Shown here one piece after another: positions 45,248 through 55,276 of a stretch of DNA of 64,000 nucleotides (position 1 is the stretch's first letter; each line of letters starts with the position of its first letter). Under the pieces are notes generated by a model. It did not search any database. It was not told the DNA's origin and saw only the letters and a program-made list of their open reading frames with translations. The stretch lies in the sequence record OW849299.1; one strand, written 5' to 3'. The translations under genes and the position numbers were made by a program. This DNA comes from a plasmid.

Positions 45248-48200
45248 ATGGCGAAACCTGAAATTGCAACTGAAAGAACCCGTCTGAGTATTCCCTTTGA
45301 CGATCGCCAACGTGCAATACGTGCGGCCGGCAAACTGGCTGATGGCAGTAATGCTCTGGACTACGTGAAGGAAGAAAAGGTGTGGTATGCACAGCCGGGG
45401 GCCAACCTGAGCCGGCTGAAAGAGTGGATTTTTGACCCCAATAAAGTGATCGAAGAACCGCCCCTGGATATTCAGGCCATTGAAGATGAATTTACGGCGT
45501 GGCTTGAAGAGCGCGGTGCCATTATCAAAGACCCCATAGAGTTCGATGGCCAGAAGCATTATGTCGATACCGTGGACGGTAAAGCTGGTTCAAGAAAGGG
45601 GGTGTATGCCGCCTTTCTGGATGGCCGACCTGCAGGGTGGTACAGGGACTATAAGAACGGTGGTGAAATTCAGAAATGGGTATCTACCGGCGCAGCCCCT
45701 AACCCTGAACAAATGGCCATGCTCCGTGCTGATGCTGCGGCAAGGCGTGAACAAAGAGCTGCAGCGCAAGCGGATAAGTTTGATCAGACCGCTAACCGGT
45801 TGATGGAAGAATATAACCGGCTTCCGGATGCCACGGGAGATCTGGCATACCTGAAAAACAAACAGGTCATTGCCGCTAACGGCCTTAAAGCTGATGAGCG
45901 GGGCAACGTTGTGATCCCTCTGTTTAATGCTGATGGCGAGTTCAGGACCCTTGAGCGCATCTGGTCCGACGGTAGTAAACACCTTGAAAAAGACGGCCAG
46001 GCATGGGGGAGTTTTTTCGTTGTGGGTGGTCAACTGAAGGATGGTGACAACCTGCTTTATGCCGAGGGATATGCGACAGCAGCCAGTATCAGCGAAGCCA
46101 TCAATCAGCCTGTGATCATGACGGTTAATGCCGGCAACATGGTGGAAGTTGCTGGCCGCCTGAAAGACACCTTTCCAAACAGCACTCATTACTTCCTTGC
46201 TGACAATGACATTTATAAAGACGAGAACGTTGGGCTAGAAAAAGCGACAGAAGCTGCAGAGCTGACTGCCGGCCATGTTCTGGTCCCTGCCTTTAGCAAC
46301 CCGAAAGAAGGGCTTACTGACTACAACGATTTGCATGTCTCTGAAGGGCTGGAGCAAGTCAGATTGCAGGTAGAAGGAGCCATTAATCAAATGAACAGGG
46401 TAGACACTATGCCGACTGATAACCCGAACATTACTGACGTTAATCACAGCTCGACTGACAGCGCTGCCGTTGCAGATCCTGAAAAAGCCGCGCCGGTGGC
46501 CAGCGCCCCTGCAGCTGCCGAACCGGAGGAAACCGCGCCGGTGGCCAGCGCCCCTGCAGCTGATGAACCGGTGGAAGCCGCGCAGGTGGCCAGCGCCCCT
46601 GCAGCTGATGAACCGGTGGAAGTCGCGCCGGTGGCCAGCGCCCCTGCAGCTGATGAACCGGAGGAAGTCGCGCCGGTGGCCAGCGCCCCTGCAGCTGCTG
46701 AACCGGAGGAAACCGCGCCGGTGGCCAGCGCCCCTGCAGCTGCTGAACCGGAGGAAGTCGCGCCGGTGGCCAGCGCCCCTGCAGCTGCTGAACCGGAGGA
46801 AACCGCGCCGGTGGCCAGCGCCCCTGCAGCTGCTGAACCGGAGGAAACCGCGCCGGTGGCCAGCGCCCCTGCAGCTGCCGAACCGGAGGAAGCTGTGCCG
46901 GTGTCCAGCACCCCTGCAGCTGCTGAACCGGAATACACCGCACCAACAGATCGAGACGGCGATGATGAAGAGAGTAATAGCGCCAGTGATCTTGAGGCGT
47001 ATGCCGCTATGATGGCCTTTGGCGGTGAAACAACTGACTCCGCTCAGCAAAAGCCTGAAAGGATAGCGCCCAGCGAATCTGTAGCTAATACCGCCCCGGC
47101 TGAAAATGAAACCGAGGAGAAGAAAAAAACAAACGAAGAACTGGAAAACGGCATACGCTGGGCAACCAACGATAATGCAGAAACGCCCCCAAAAGAACGT
47201 ATAGACCTGGAAGGGTTAATTGCCCGGTTTGGGTACAGAGCAGAGAAAGACTATACGGCGTATACGCTTGATGGACAGGATGCGTTTTACGATTACGGCT
47301 CACATCTGCGTATGGCTACCCCTGAAGCCAGCCAGAGTGACGAGATGATCCTGGCGGCCGTTCTAACCGCGGATAAGCAACATCATCGTGGTATTGAAAT
47401 CACCGGCAGTGACGAATTTAAAGAGCGAGTGTTTAACCTTATCAGTGAATACAACATTGAGGTGAAACTGACTAACCCAGAACAAAGGGTTAAATTGCTC
47501 GAACTCAAAAAAGCAAATGAAACAGCAAAAGAAACGGCAAAAGAAAATGTTGCTGATTCAAATGCGAATAAGCAGGAAGGGGCAAACGAAAAGACAAATT
47601 CATCAGTTCAGCAGAATGGAATGCGCTGGGAAGAATCGGCCTCTGTGCAGCCGAAGAAGCAGAATGCATCTGATACTCAAAAGGAAGATAAAGCTGCAGG
47701 TGAACCCTGGGAGAAAGGCGTTATCGTCGCGCATGGACGTGCTAAGTATGAGTGGAAAGAAGATGAATCCATGAACTACTTTGTCACCCTCAAAAATGAA
47801 CATGGAGAGAAGACACTCTGGGGGAAAGACCTTGAGAGAGCGGTTAAAGATGCTGGTGTAGACACAGAACGTCTTGTTACAGTCAGAAAGCTGGGATTTG
47901 TGGATGTTGAGGTGAATGCACCTGTCCGTGATGAAAGCAACAAGATCGTTCGTTATGAAACTATCCAGACCAAACGTAATGAGTGGGAAGTAAAGCCTGT
48001 ATACCCACAGCCAACAGCAGGGAATGAACAGGCCTATAAGCCTTCTGAACTGGTTCCGTATGATGCTGCAACCTTCCAGAAGCTCCGCACAACAATTCAG
48101 CAGATTACCGGTGTTGATCTCAGCCGTGAGGCCGTGCCTGAAAAAGAACTGTACTGGTTCTTGCCTAATGGTAAGCCAGCTCCAGAAAGCATGACAAAGC

Positions 48201-48685
48201 CCACAGGCTATAAACTCCCTCAAGAGTCAAAAACCGCGGGTACACCTTTGCTGATCGCACCGCATAAAAAAGGCGAACGCCCAGATTATTTCCTTGTTGA
48301 GTCGCGTAAAGGATTCATGCAGGGGATCGCAAAGGATAAGGAGTCCGGTGAGTACCATAGCGTGATTGGAAAAGTGAACAAGCGTATTGATAAAGACGGA
48401 AACTGGAAAACGTATATGACTCTTTCAGCAATCAATAAAAATGCCGAAAGTGGAATTGTTTTGCATGGTTATGGACATGTAGATCAGGGGGGTAAAAATT
48501 TGCTTTACAAAAACACAATTGCAAATGAAAAACAGCCTCAGCATTTACAAGCGGCCTCAGATGAGGTAAAAAACAAAACAGTAATGAAGCAGCTTTTTCA
48601 TCCTTCAAATTCTGCAAAAAGAAAAGATGATGAAAGGAGAGAACAGACTCATGCACCAGTCGCAAAGTCAGCGCCTCGGCCATAA
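45248..48685 (+). CDS. pri: Sog-like DNA primase (Toprim/DnaG-type) with a repetitive linker and a long C-terminal domain.
   Basis: Toprim motifs YAEGYATA and FLADNDIYKD. Eleven PVASAPAA(A/D)EPEE(T/V)A repeats. Confidence 0.85.
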   Translation: MAKPEIATERTRLSIPFDDRQRAIRAAGKLADGSNALDYVKEEKVWYAQPGANLSRLKEWIFDPNKVIEEPPLDIQAIEDEFTAWLEERGAIIKDPIEFDGQKHYVDTVDGKAGSRKGVYAAFLDGRPAGWYRDYKNGGEIQKWVSTGAAPNPEQMAMLRADAAARREQRAAAQADKFDQTANRLMEEYNRLPDATGDLAYLKNKQVIAANGLKADERGNVVIPLFNADGEFRTLERIWSDGSKHLEKDGQAWGSFFVVGGQLKDGDNLLYAEGYATAASISEAINQPVIMTVNAGNMVEVAGRLKDTFPNSTHYFLADNDIYKDENVGLEKATEAAELTAGHVLVPAFSNPKEGLTDYNDLHVSEGLEQVRLQVEGAINQMNRVDTMPTDNPNITDVNHSSTDSAAVADPEKAAPVASAPAAAEPEETAPVASAPAADEPVEAAQVASAPAADEPVEVAPVASAPAADEPEEVAPVASAPAAAEPEETAPVASAPAAAEPEEVAPVASAPAAAEPEETAPVASAPAAAEPEETAPVASAPAAAEPEEAVPVSSTPAAAEPEYTAPTDRDGDDEESNSASDLEAYAAMMAFGGETTDSAQQKPERIAPSESVANTAPAENETEEKKKTNEELENGIRWATNDNAETPPKERIDLEGLIARFGYRAEKDYTAYTLDGQDAFYDYGSHLRMATPEASQSDEMILAAVLTADKQHHRGIEITGSDEFKERVFNLISEYNIEVKLTNPEQRVKLLELKKANETAKETAKENVADSNANKQEGANEKTNSSVQQNGMRWEESASVQPKKQNASDTQKEDKAAGEPWEKGVIVAHGRAKYEWKEDESMNYFVTLKNEHGEKTLWGKDLERAVKDAGVDTERLVTVRKLGFVDVEVNAPVRDESNKIVRYETIQTKRNEWEVKPVYPQPTAGNEQAYKPSELVPYDAATFQKLRTTIQQITGVDLSREAVPEKELYWFLPNGKPAPESMTKPTGYKLPQESKTAGTPLLIAPHKKGERPDYFLVESRKGFMQGIAKDKESGEYHSVIGKVNKRIDKDGNWKTYMTLSAINKNAESGIVLHGYGHVDQGGKNLLYKNTIANEKQPQHLQAASDEVKNKTVMKQLFHPSNSAKRKDDERREQTHAPVAKSAPRP
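46490..46960 (+). repeat. About eleven tandem 45-bp (15-aa) coding repeats inside the primase gene.
   Basis: gcgccggtggccagcgcccctgcagctgc(c/t)gaaccggaggaa(a/g)(c/t)c repeated head-to-tail. Confidence 0.9.
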
Positions 48686-49163
48686 AACAAAAACCCTACT
48701 CGTTGCAGTAGGGTTTTCCTGCATTTCTGTGAGCTCATTTGCGGCAACACAGACCTGTGCAGCATACGAACTGGCAAAAGCTGGTGCAGATGCTGCCTAT
48801 AAGCAGGAAGTGGAAAGGATTAACAACGCCGCAAAAAGCGAATCCAGTACGTCTGATTCTCTCGGACAGTGCCTGGGGTCGCTATCGGTATCACTTAAAA
48901 TCCCACAGTTTCCGTCTATCAGCGACATTATTGATAAGGTGAAGGATGAGGTATGCAATACGGTTAAATCGAAGATTAATGAGAAGTGGGGGAGCCTGAC
49001 TAATACGACGCTGGACCCGTGGTCAACGATTTCATCCCGACTGCCAGATACGTCAGGTATCCTGCCCAACGCATCTTCTAAAAATGTGCAATTAAACAAT
49101 CCGGCAGCTGCGAGTGGAAGTGGTGAGGATGCAAACAGTGATGCATTCCCGTTCCATTTGTAA
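48627..49163 (+). CDS. Secreted protein (TraL-like position).
   Basis: Signal peptide LLVAVGFSCISVSSFAATQ. 5' overlap with pri. Confidence 0.45.
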   Translation: MMKGENRLMHQSQSQRLGHKTKTLLVAVGFSCISVSSFAATQTCAAYELAKAGADAAYKQEVERINNAAKSESSTSDSLGQCLGSLSVSLKIPQFPSISDIIDKVKDEVCNTVKSKINEKWGSLTNTTLDPWSTISSRLPDTSGILPNASSKNVQLNNPAAASGSGEDANSDAFPFHL

Positions 49164-49376
49164 CTACCGGAAGAGTCCTTTCGGGATTTTATCGAATAGC
49201 TTGCCGGTTCGTATTTCAACGCGGCGGTGTTCCGCCGCGGTTAGTAAACGCATAAATTCTGTGGCAGGTAGAACATCACGTTTTGAGTCTACATACGTAT
49301 CAAGCGAATCTTCATTCATGAAACGTCTGACAGTATGCAGCCAGTCTTCAGCTGATTTCATATTTTTTGAGCTCAT
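49164..49376 (-). CDS. hha: Hha/YmoA-family modulator, the second copy.
   Basis: LLTAAEHRRVEIRTGKLFDKIPKGLFR aligns with the Hha C-terminus. Confidence 0.7.
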   Translation of the reverse strand: MSSKNMKSAEDWLHTVRRFMNEDSLDTYVDSKRDVLPATEFMRLLTAAEHRRVEIRTGKLFDKIPKGLFR

Positions 49377-49776
49377 CGTCGCTCATCTCGGCAAACGCTG
49401 CAGGTCGGCGACCTTTTCCTGTCCAGGTTATGGACTTTCCATCAACTTCGATCCGGTACTTCACTTTTCCAAAAGTGGATTTACTTTTCGTGGACGGACC
49501 AAAGAGATTTTCGAAGATCTGGAGAGCTTCATCAGCCGTAATATTGTGTTCTTCCATGAACCGCTTTGTGGCTGCGGCTTTCTCTTCAGTGGCCTTCTGT
49601 TCTTCCTTAAATTTCTCGATCATTCCCTGTGCAATGTCGGACCACATATTAATGAGTTGTTCAAGGTTTTCTGGCGGGATTTTGCGCAAAACGGCGGTGG
49701 CTTTTCGTCGTTCGCACATGATAACTGCACAGGATTCGTAATCATTATGTTCGCTCATGTATACCTCATTGTTCAT
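49348..49776 (-). CDS. hns: H-NS-like nucleoid-associated protein (plasmid xenogeneic-silencing / stealth protein).
   Basis: C-terminal DNA-binding motif ITWTGKGRRPAAF matches the H-NS TWTGQGRTP motif. Coiled-coil N-terminus. Confidence 0.8.
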   Translation of the reverse strand: MNNEVYMSEHNDYESCAVIMCERRKATAVLRKIPPENLEQLINMWSDIAQGMIEKFKEEQKATEEKAAATKRFMEEHNITADEALQIFENLFGPSTKSKSTFGKVKYRIEVDGKSITWTGKGRRPAAFAEMSDDELKKYEIS

Positions 49777-49825
49777 TAACGATCTGCGTGATTTTCTAAC
49801 ACAAACTTTTGAAAAGAGAAACTCT

Positions 49826-50539
49826 ATGAAAACACAAAATGGTGAAAATATTATGGATCAAACTGACTCGGATCAAAACTCAGTCGTTGATGATGACAGC
49901 AACGCCCTTGCTCCAGCTCTGGCTGAAGAGAGTAACCGAACGGTACAAGAAATCGTATCGAAACATGGTTTAAAAGTAATTTTGATTCAAACGCTAATCA
50001 TATTAGTCGCAATCATTATCATTGGTCTTCAGGGTTACTGGCTTCACCAGAAAAAAACCAAATATATTGCAACGAATGGGGGCATGATCACAGAAGTTCA
50101 TCCAACCGATGAACCCGCTTACACGGCGGAAGAGGTGATGGACTTTGCCAACCGTACAATGATCAAATCGCTTTCACTGAACTTTGTGAATTACGAAAAC
50201 CAATTAACCAGCGTCCGCGGCGATTTTAGCGCTGAAGGGTACGTTAGTTTCCGTAAAGCGCTGTCCGATAGTGGGCTGCTGAAAGATATCAGTGAAAAAC
50301 GTCTGAACGTAAAACTTTCCACAACTCCTGGAACCCTGATCACGGAAGGTCTTATCCGTGGCACCAAAACCTATGCCTGGCAATACCGCATTCCGGTGAC
50401 TGTTCAGCTTGTTGGGCAGGCTCAGGACTACAGACCGCAACCTTACGATTTGATGGTTCAGGTACGCCGCGTAAAAGAAGACGAAGATCCACGGGGTATT
50501 CAAGTAGCACAGGCCATTCTCAAACCCCGGAACTACTGA
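49826..50539 (+). CDS. traM: TraM-like (DotI/IcmL-like) inner-membrane T4BSS component.
   Basis: Single transmembrane segment. Size and synteny. Confidence 0.55.
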   Translation: MKTQNGENIMDQTDSDQNSVVDDDSNALAPALAEESNRTVQEIVSKHGLKVILIQTLIILVAIIIIGLQGYWLHQKKTKYIATNGGMITEVHPTDEPAYTAEEVMDFANRTMIKSLSLNFVNYENQLTSVRGDFSAEGYVSFRKALSDSGLLKDISEKRLNVKLSTTPGTLITEGLIRGTKTYAWQYRIPVTVQLVGQAQDYRPQPYDLMVQVRRVKEDEDPRGIQVAQAILKPRNY

Positions 50540-50547
50540 GGTCAATC

Positions 50548-51699
50548 ATGAAGATTAAACTGTTAACTGTACTTATGGCCGCACTGTTTTCGGCAAATTC
50601 TGTATCTGCAGCTGATGCGCCGACTGGTAATGGAGCGCCGCAGCAAACGGCGCCAGCTGTGCCTGGTGGTGATATTGCTCAATGGCAGCAGGCCAGTTCC
50701 GGGTTGCCCGTAAATCAGCAGTCACAGGTGCAACAGCCTCCACAGCAAACAGCACAGGAACAAGGTCAGCAGCAGGCGCAAGGCCAACAACCACAGGCAC
50801 AGGCCCAACAGCAGCCAACTACTGCACTGCCTCCTGCACCCATGCCGCAGATTCCTCCACCACAGCAGCAGGTTACTCATGTTAATCCGCAGACACTGGA
50901 AGAGTTACCTGCACCTGTTCTGCAGCAGATCCAGCCTATTACCCCTGGTCAGGTGCGGTCTGCCCGCAGCGCAATGGAAGATATGAGCGCGGCGGCCAAA
51001 ACCTCACCATTAACGCCGATCCCACGAATTTCAAGCCAGACGGTATCACTGTCAGCTGGTGCATCCATTCCGCAGGTACGGGTATTTCCAAACCAGGCAA
51101 CCACAGTGACGTTTTCAGATGCAACCGGACACCCCTGGGTATTAGGCGCCCCTCCATATAATTCGAGTCCCTGTGCATCTGGTGGTGAACTGTGTGTTGG
51201 CTATATTCCAGGATCGGCGGTATTCACAATCCAGCCGACCAATGCCTATGCCAGCGGGAACATCACAGTGCTTCTGAAGGGGCTGGCTACGCCGGTCATT
51301 ATTAACGTGAAGGGGGCAGAACCCTCCGTTAAATCAAAAACCGTTGATGTTGATTATCGTCTGGATCTCCGTATCCCGAAGCGCAGTCCTGACACACCGG
51401 TTTATACCGCTACTCCTGAGAAAAAAATCTCACTGTATGACAAGCAGCTGCAGAGCGTGCTCGATGGCATCCCGCCTGAAGATGCTCAGCGGTTGAAACT
51501 TAAAAACGCGCCAGGGAGTACCAAAGTCTGGCAGATCGGTGATGAGCTCTACGTCAGAAGTAACATGCAGCTGCAGGATGAGTTTGAAAAAACGCTTTCC
51601 GCTATCGATGGCACACATGTTTACGTGCTGCCGGCAACACCAGTGCTGACTTTTTCGGTTAACGGTCAGGCGCGTGACGTTGAAGTTGAGCTGAATTAA
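50548..51699 (+). CDS. traN: TraN-like (DotH/IcmK-like) outer-membrane/periplasmic core component with a Q-rich low-complexity region.
   Basis: Signal peptide. Q/P-rich segment. Synteny. Confidence 0.55.
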   Translation: MKIKLLTVLMAALFSANSVSAADAPTGNGAPQQTAPAVPGGDIAQWQQASSGLPVNQQSQVQQPPQQTAQEQGQQQAQGQQPQAQAQQQPTTALPPAPMPQIPPPQQQVTHVNPQTLEELPAPVLQQIQPITPGQVRSARSAMEDMSAAAKTSPLTPIPRISSQTVSLSAGASIPQVRVFPNQATTVTFSDATGHPWVLGAPPYNSSPCASGGELCVGYIPGSAVFTIQPTNAYASGNITVLLKGLATPVIINVKGAEPSVKSKTVDVDYRLDLRIPKRSPDTPVYTATPEKKISLYDKQLQSVLDGIPPEDAQRLKLKNAPGSTKVWQIGDELYVRSNMQLQDEFEKTLSAIDGTHVYVLPATPVLTFSVNGQARDVEVELN

Positions 51700-51710
51700 G
51701 GGGAACGACG

Positions 51711-53060
51711 ATGGCTACAGATAAAGGTAAAGAAACCAGAAAAATGATGCTCTACGTCGGTGGCGCCGCTGCAGTTGTGGCGCTTCTGGGAGGGTACTGG
51801 TTGTTTGGCTCATCAGATGAGCCGGCAACGGGCGGGTCGCAGGTGAAGGCCCAGGGGCTGGAAGGGAAAACTGGCAGGGAAAAAGCTAATGATCCCCAAT
51901 ACAACAAGCTGCTGAATGAGTGGAATGCTGATAACTCAGAAAAAGCGGCTCTCACGGGGGATAGTTTCATATCCACGTTGTCAGCCAGTAACCCGGTGGC
52001 CGTTGATTACGGCACCAAAGCACCGCCACCAAAATATTCGTGGGAATCGTCAGCAAAACAGTCGGGCGATAACAGTAAGGCTAATGATGCTGAGCAGAAA
52101 GAGCGTGAGCGTCAGGCTAAAGCTGTGGCTACGTTACTGCAGAAAATAGACCAGGCCAGAACACCGGTTGTCACGGGTGTTGCTCTTGCAACCCCTCTGG
52201 GAGCAGAGGGTAATGACAAGAACGGCGGCACCTTCTCAGGGTGGACCGATTCGGTCTATCCGCAGAACAAAAAGCCGGATGCTGAAAAACAACAGGGGGC
52301 GAAGAATAAGGTCAAAGATAAAGGAGCCCGGCTTGTATCGGCTTACACGCTTGTGCCGGCAGTAATGGATACGGCGATGGACAGTGACGATCAGAACAGT
52401 ATTGCTATTGCCCATGTTCCAACTGGAGCGCAGGCCGGCGCCAAATTCTATTCTGGCCAAAACCGTCTTGCCGGCGATGGTATTCGAATTCACTTCACCG
52501 GCATGGAGCTGAACGGAGTGCAGTGTAAGGTCGATGCGTATGGCGTGGCTTCCGACTCGTTGCGCGCGGCCGTTTCCTCAAATGTAAATAACCGCTGGTT
52601 CAGCCGTATTATTCTGCCGGCTGTTGCTAACGGATTAGGCCGAACTGGTCAGCTGTATGCGGACAGCAATTCGCAGATGATTATCACTGACGGCGGGAAT
52701 GCATATCGTTCAACTGGTACACCTGATGGCAAAGCGGTTGCCGGTACCATTATTGGCGGGATGGGTGAGCAAGCAGGGCGTGTCCTGGCCGACGATGCAG
52801 CCCGCCTGCCGATTAAGCAGGTTACGGTTGACCGTAACCAACTCATAGGCATCCAGTTTGTCGCGCCTGTGTATGAAAGCGACTGTGGCGAGAATATGGA
52901 AAATGCTTCTGCAGAGCAGGTGCAGCAGCAAGCAACTCCCACACTATCTAGTGTGCAACCTCAGCAGATGCCTCAGCCTCCGGCTCCTAATTACCCTCAG
53001 CAAAACTTTCCAAGCTACCCCGGCTACGGGTATGGCACCAATAACCCGTATTACCGTTAA
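51711..53060 (+). CDS. traO: TraO-like (DotG/IcmE-like) core component.
   Basis: 449 aa with an N-terminal transmembrane segment and a Q/P-rich C-terminus. Synteny. Confidence 0.55.
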   Translation: MATDKGKETRKMMLYVGGAAAVVALLGGYWLFGSSDEPATGGSQVKAQGLEGKTGREKANDPQYNKLLNEWNADNSEKAALTGDSFISTLSASNPVAVDYGTKAPPPKYSWESSAKQSGDNSKANDAEQKERERQAKAVATLLQKIDQARTPVVTGVALATPLGAEGNDKNGGTFSGWTDSVYPQNKKPDAEKQQGAKNKVKDKGARLVSAYTLVPAVMDTAMDSDDQNSIAIAHVPTGAQAGAKFYSGQNRLAGDGIRIHFTGMELNGVQCKVDAYGVASDSLRAAVSSNVNNRWFSRIILPAVANGLGRTGQLYADSNSQMIITDGGNAYRSTGTPDGKAVAGTIIGGMGEQAGRVLADDAARLPIKQVTVDRNQLIGIQFVAPVYESDCGENMENASAEQVQQQATPTLSSVQPQQMPQPPAPNYPQQNFPSYPGYGYGTNNPYYR

Positions 53061-53065
53061 GGAGA

Positions 53066-53776
53066 TTGATAATGAATCTGTTTGAAGATGACAATAAAAA
53101 CGAAGCAGCTCCTGCCCAGGAACCGGTGTCTGCTAAGCCTGCTGAAAAGCCAAAACCGACAGTGACGCCAGCAGCAAAAGCGAGCAAAAAGCCGCTTAAT
53201 ATCAGTGACTATGCATGGATTGGTGGTATCGCTGTCATCGCTATCCTGCTTTTAGTCTGGTTGTTTGGGGGCTCCGATAGTGATACTGCGCCAGCGACGG
53301 GGAATGGGGCGATCCAGTCTTCAGCGCAACGTCCGCGCGTACAGTCTGCCCCTGCAGGGCAGGATTCTGGTGACTTCCGCGAGCAGATTTCCGGGATTCT
53401 GCTGCAGCAAAAGGAACGGCTGGACGCGATAGAATCAACTTCTAAAAATGGAATGATGATCCTTTCCAGTCAGTTACAAAGCGCTAATGAACAAATTAAA
53501 AATCTGAACAATCAGGTTCAGGAACTGAAAATGAAAGCCGCTGGTTATGGGCCTTCATTTGGTAATCAGAGTGGAACAATTTCCGGTGCAACGTCACAGG
53601 CATTACCTTTGTTGAGAGGTTTTTCAATTAATGATTTATCTGGCGATCTTGCTTGGGTAAAATACAAAAACCAGACGTATGCTGTGAAGGTCGGAAGTCA
53701 ACTTGGCGGAGTCACCATTACAGGTATCGATACTGAAAATAGAATCGTTACAACAAGTAAAGGCCTTATCCGCTAA
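53066..53776 (+). CDS. traP: TraP-like protein.
   Basis: Transmembrane segment plus coiled coil. Synteny. Confidence 0.45.
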   Translation: MIMNLFEDDNKNEAAPAQEPVSAKPAEKPKPTVTPAAKASKKPLNISDYAWIGGIAVIAILLLVWLFGGSDSDTAPATGNGAIQSSAQRPRVQSAPAGQDSGDFREQISGILLQQKERLDAIESTSKNGMMILSSQLQSANEQIKNLNNQVQELKMKAAGYGPSFGNQSGTISGATSQALPLLRGFSINDLSGDLAWVKYKNQTYAVKVGSQLGGVTITGIDTENRIVTTSKGLIR

Positions 53777-53799
53777 TCAGGACCTAAAAAGGCGAAACT

Positions 53800-54330
53800 A
53801 TGGATTTAGAATCGGTATTAATTCAGGTTGCTAACGGTGGTCAGGAACCGCTGACAAGGCTAATCATAGGTGTCGCTGCAATCGTTGGGATCATTGGTGT
53901 TATTGGATATCTGATGAGCCTGCGGAAGCAGGCCAGGCATTCTACCAAAGGTGTTGAAGTTGGCAGAATTTTTGCCGGGATCATCTTCTGTGTATGCCTC
54001 ATCACGCTGAAAGCACAGATGAACTCAGGCGGTGCCACTTTAGGATTTGGCGATGTCAGTTTCGGACCCGTCAGTTATGCGAGCGAATCTACGTTTGGCA
54101 TGGGAGCCGCAGCAGTCAACGCAGTGCTGGGGATTGTTAGAATTCTCGGTGCATACTTTTTTTACAGGGGTATTAAGGGGTTGAAAGACTCTTACCTTGA
54201 GGGCCATACGGAGCTGTCAGCTTCGGGCACGAGAGGGGCATCCATTGTGAAAATTGTATGTGGACTACTTCTGATGTTCGATACACAAACGCTCGATGCG
54301 TTGCAGAGCACATTAAACATTCACTGGTAA
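53800..54330 (+). CDS. traQ: TraQ-like membrane protein.
   Basis: Multi-pass membrane ORF. Synteny. Confidence 0.45.
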   Translation: MDLESVLIQVANGGQEPLTRLIIGVAAIVGIIGVIGYLMSLRKQARHSTKGVEVGRIFAGIIFCVCLITLKAQMNSGGATLGFGDVSFGPVSYASESTFGMGAAAVNAVLGIVRILGAYFFYRGIKGLKDSYLEGHTELSASGTRGASIVKIVCGLLLMFDTQTLDALQSTLNIHW

Positions 54331-54346
54331 TCAAAAAGGATACTTT

Positions 54347-54736
54347 ATGAAAATTGTTAAATTTATCAAAGACAAGGCGTTATCTGCATCCATCGCAGCG
54401 TATCAGCTGCGCGGAACGGTAGCAAAATCGTTAGTGGTATTGCCGCTGGCATTGCTGAGCAAAGAGGCTGCAGCTGAAACGACTATCTGGGAAAAGATCA
54501 ATACCTTCACGGAAGGTATGGCCAGTACCCAGCCTGGTCTGATTACCGCTGGTAAAGTGGTTGGTGTTGTCTGCTTCATCGTAGGTCTTGTTGCTCTGTG
54601 GCTCAAAAACAAACGCGGGAAAGATATCAGTGGCGGCTTCATCTTCTGGTCAATGGTTGTTGGAGCCTGTCTGGTCGGCCTGACCGCATGGATCTCTTCT
54701 GTTGGTTCAACTGTTGGTGTTGACGCAACCCTGTAA
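54347..54736 (+). CDS. traR: TraR-like membrane protein.
   Basis: 129 aa with two transmembrane segments. Synteny. Confidence 0.45.
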   Translation: MKIVKFIKDKALSASIAAYQLRGTVAKSLVVLPLALLSKEAAAETTIWEKINTFTEGMASTQPGLITAGKVVGVVCFIVGLVALWLKNKRGKDISGGFIFWSMVVGACLVGLTAWISSVGSTVGVDATL

Positions 54737-54781
54737 TGTCCTTTCGGCCCCGCCTTGCGGGGCCAATACCGGAGTTCCCCC

Positions 54782-55276
54782 ATGAAAGATTTTAAGCTCA
54801 CCAGGAATGAACAACCTGCCAGATGCCATGTGTGCGGGATAAAGAGCAAAGATGTTTTCTCCCTCGCAGAAGATGGACAGAAAGAGAGAATGCTTTGCTC
54901 TGTATGCCTGTCGCTCGAACACCCGGAGAAAATGAAACTAGAGACTCAAACCGGACTTCTGCTGAAGAGAAATACAAACCGAAAACTCTACAGCCTGTTG
55001 TTTCGTTCAATTGCAAAGGCGGAAAAGTCAACGGACGATTCTTACCGTGAAAAGGCACAGAAACTTAAACAGATATTGCTCAGTACAACTGACGTAGTTC
55101 TAAACGAAACCGGCAGTGATGATGGATACGATTTACTGCACCTGATAAAAAAACACCATCAGTTACTTCCCATGAATTTTGACGATGAGTTTGTCACTTC
55201 TGTCGCAGAGTCAGACGAATTGCCGGATGTAAGTGACTGGAATGAAATTTACAAGGGTAAGAGAGGTTTTAAATGA
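54782..55276 (+). CDS. Zinc-ribbon (CxxC...CxxC) small protein between traR and traU.
   Basis: CHVCG ... CSVCLSLEH. Preceded by the hairpin ggccccgccttgcggggcc. Confidence 0.45.
   Translation: MKDFKLTRNEQPARCHVCGIKSKDVFSLAEDGQKERMLCSVCLSLEHPEKMKLETQTGLLLKRNTNRKLYSLLFRSIAKAEKSTDDSYREKAQKLKQILLSTTDVVLNETGSDDGYDLLHLIKKHHQLLPMNFDDEFVTSVAESDELPDVSDWNEIYKGKRGFK

Noticed and set aside
46235-47050. Long minus-strand ORFs (271, 168 and 164 aa) and a plus-strand 180-aa ORF over the repeat region; also a possible CRISPR-like array.
   Set aside because: These are artefacts of the 45-bp in-frame tandem repeat inside the primase gene. Every frame stays open across perfect repeats. There are no unique spacers, and the repeats are contiguous and coding, so this is not a CRISPR array.
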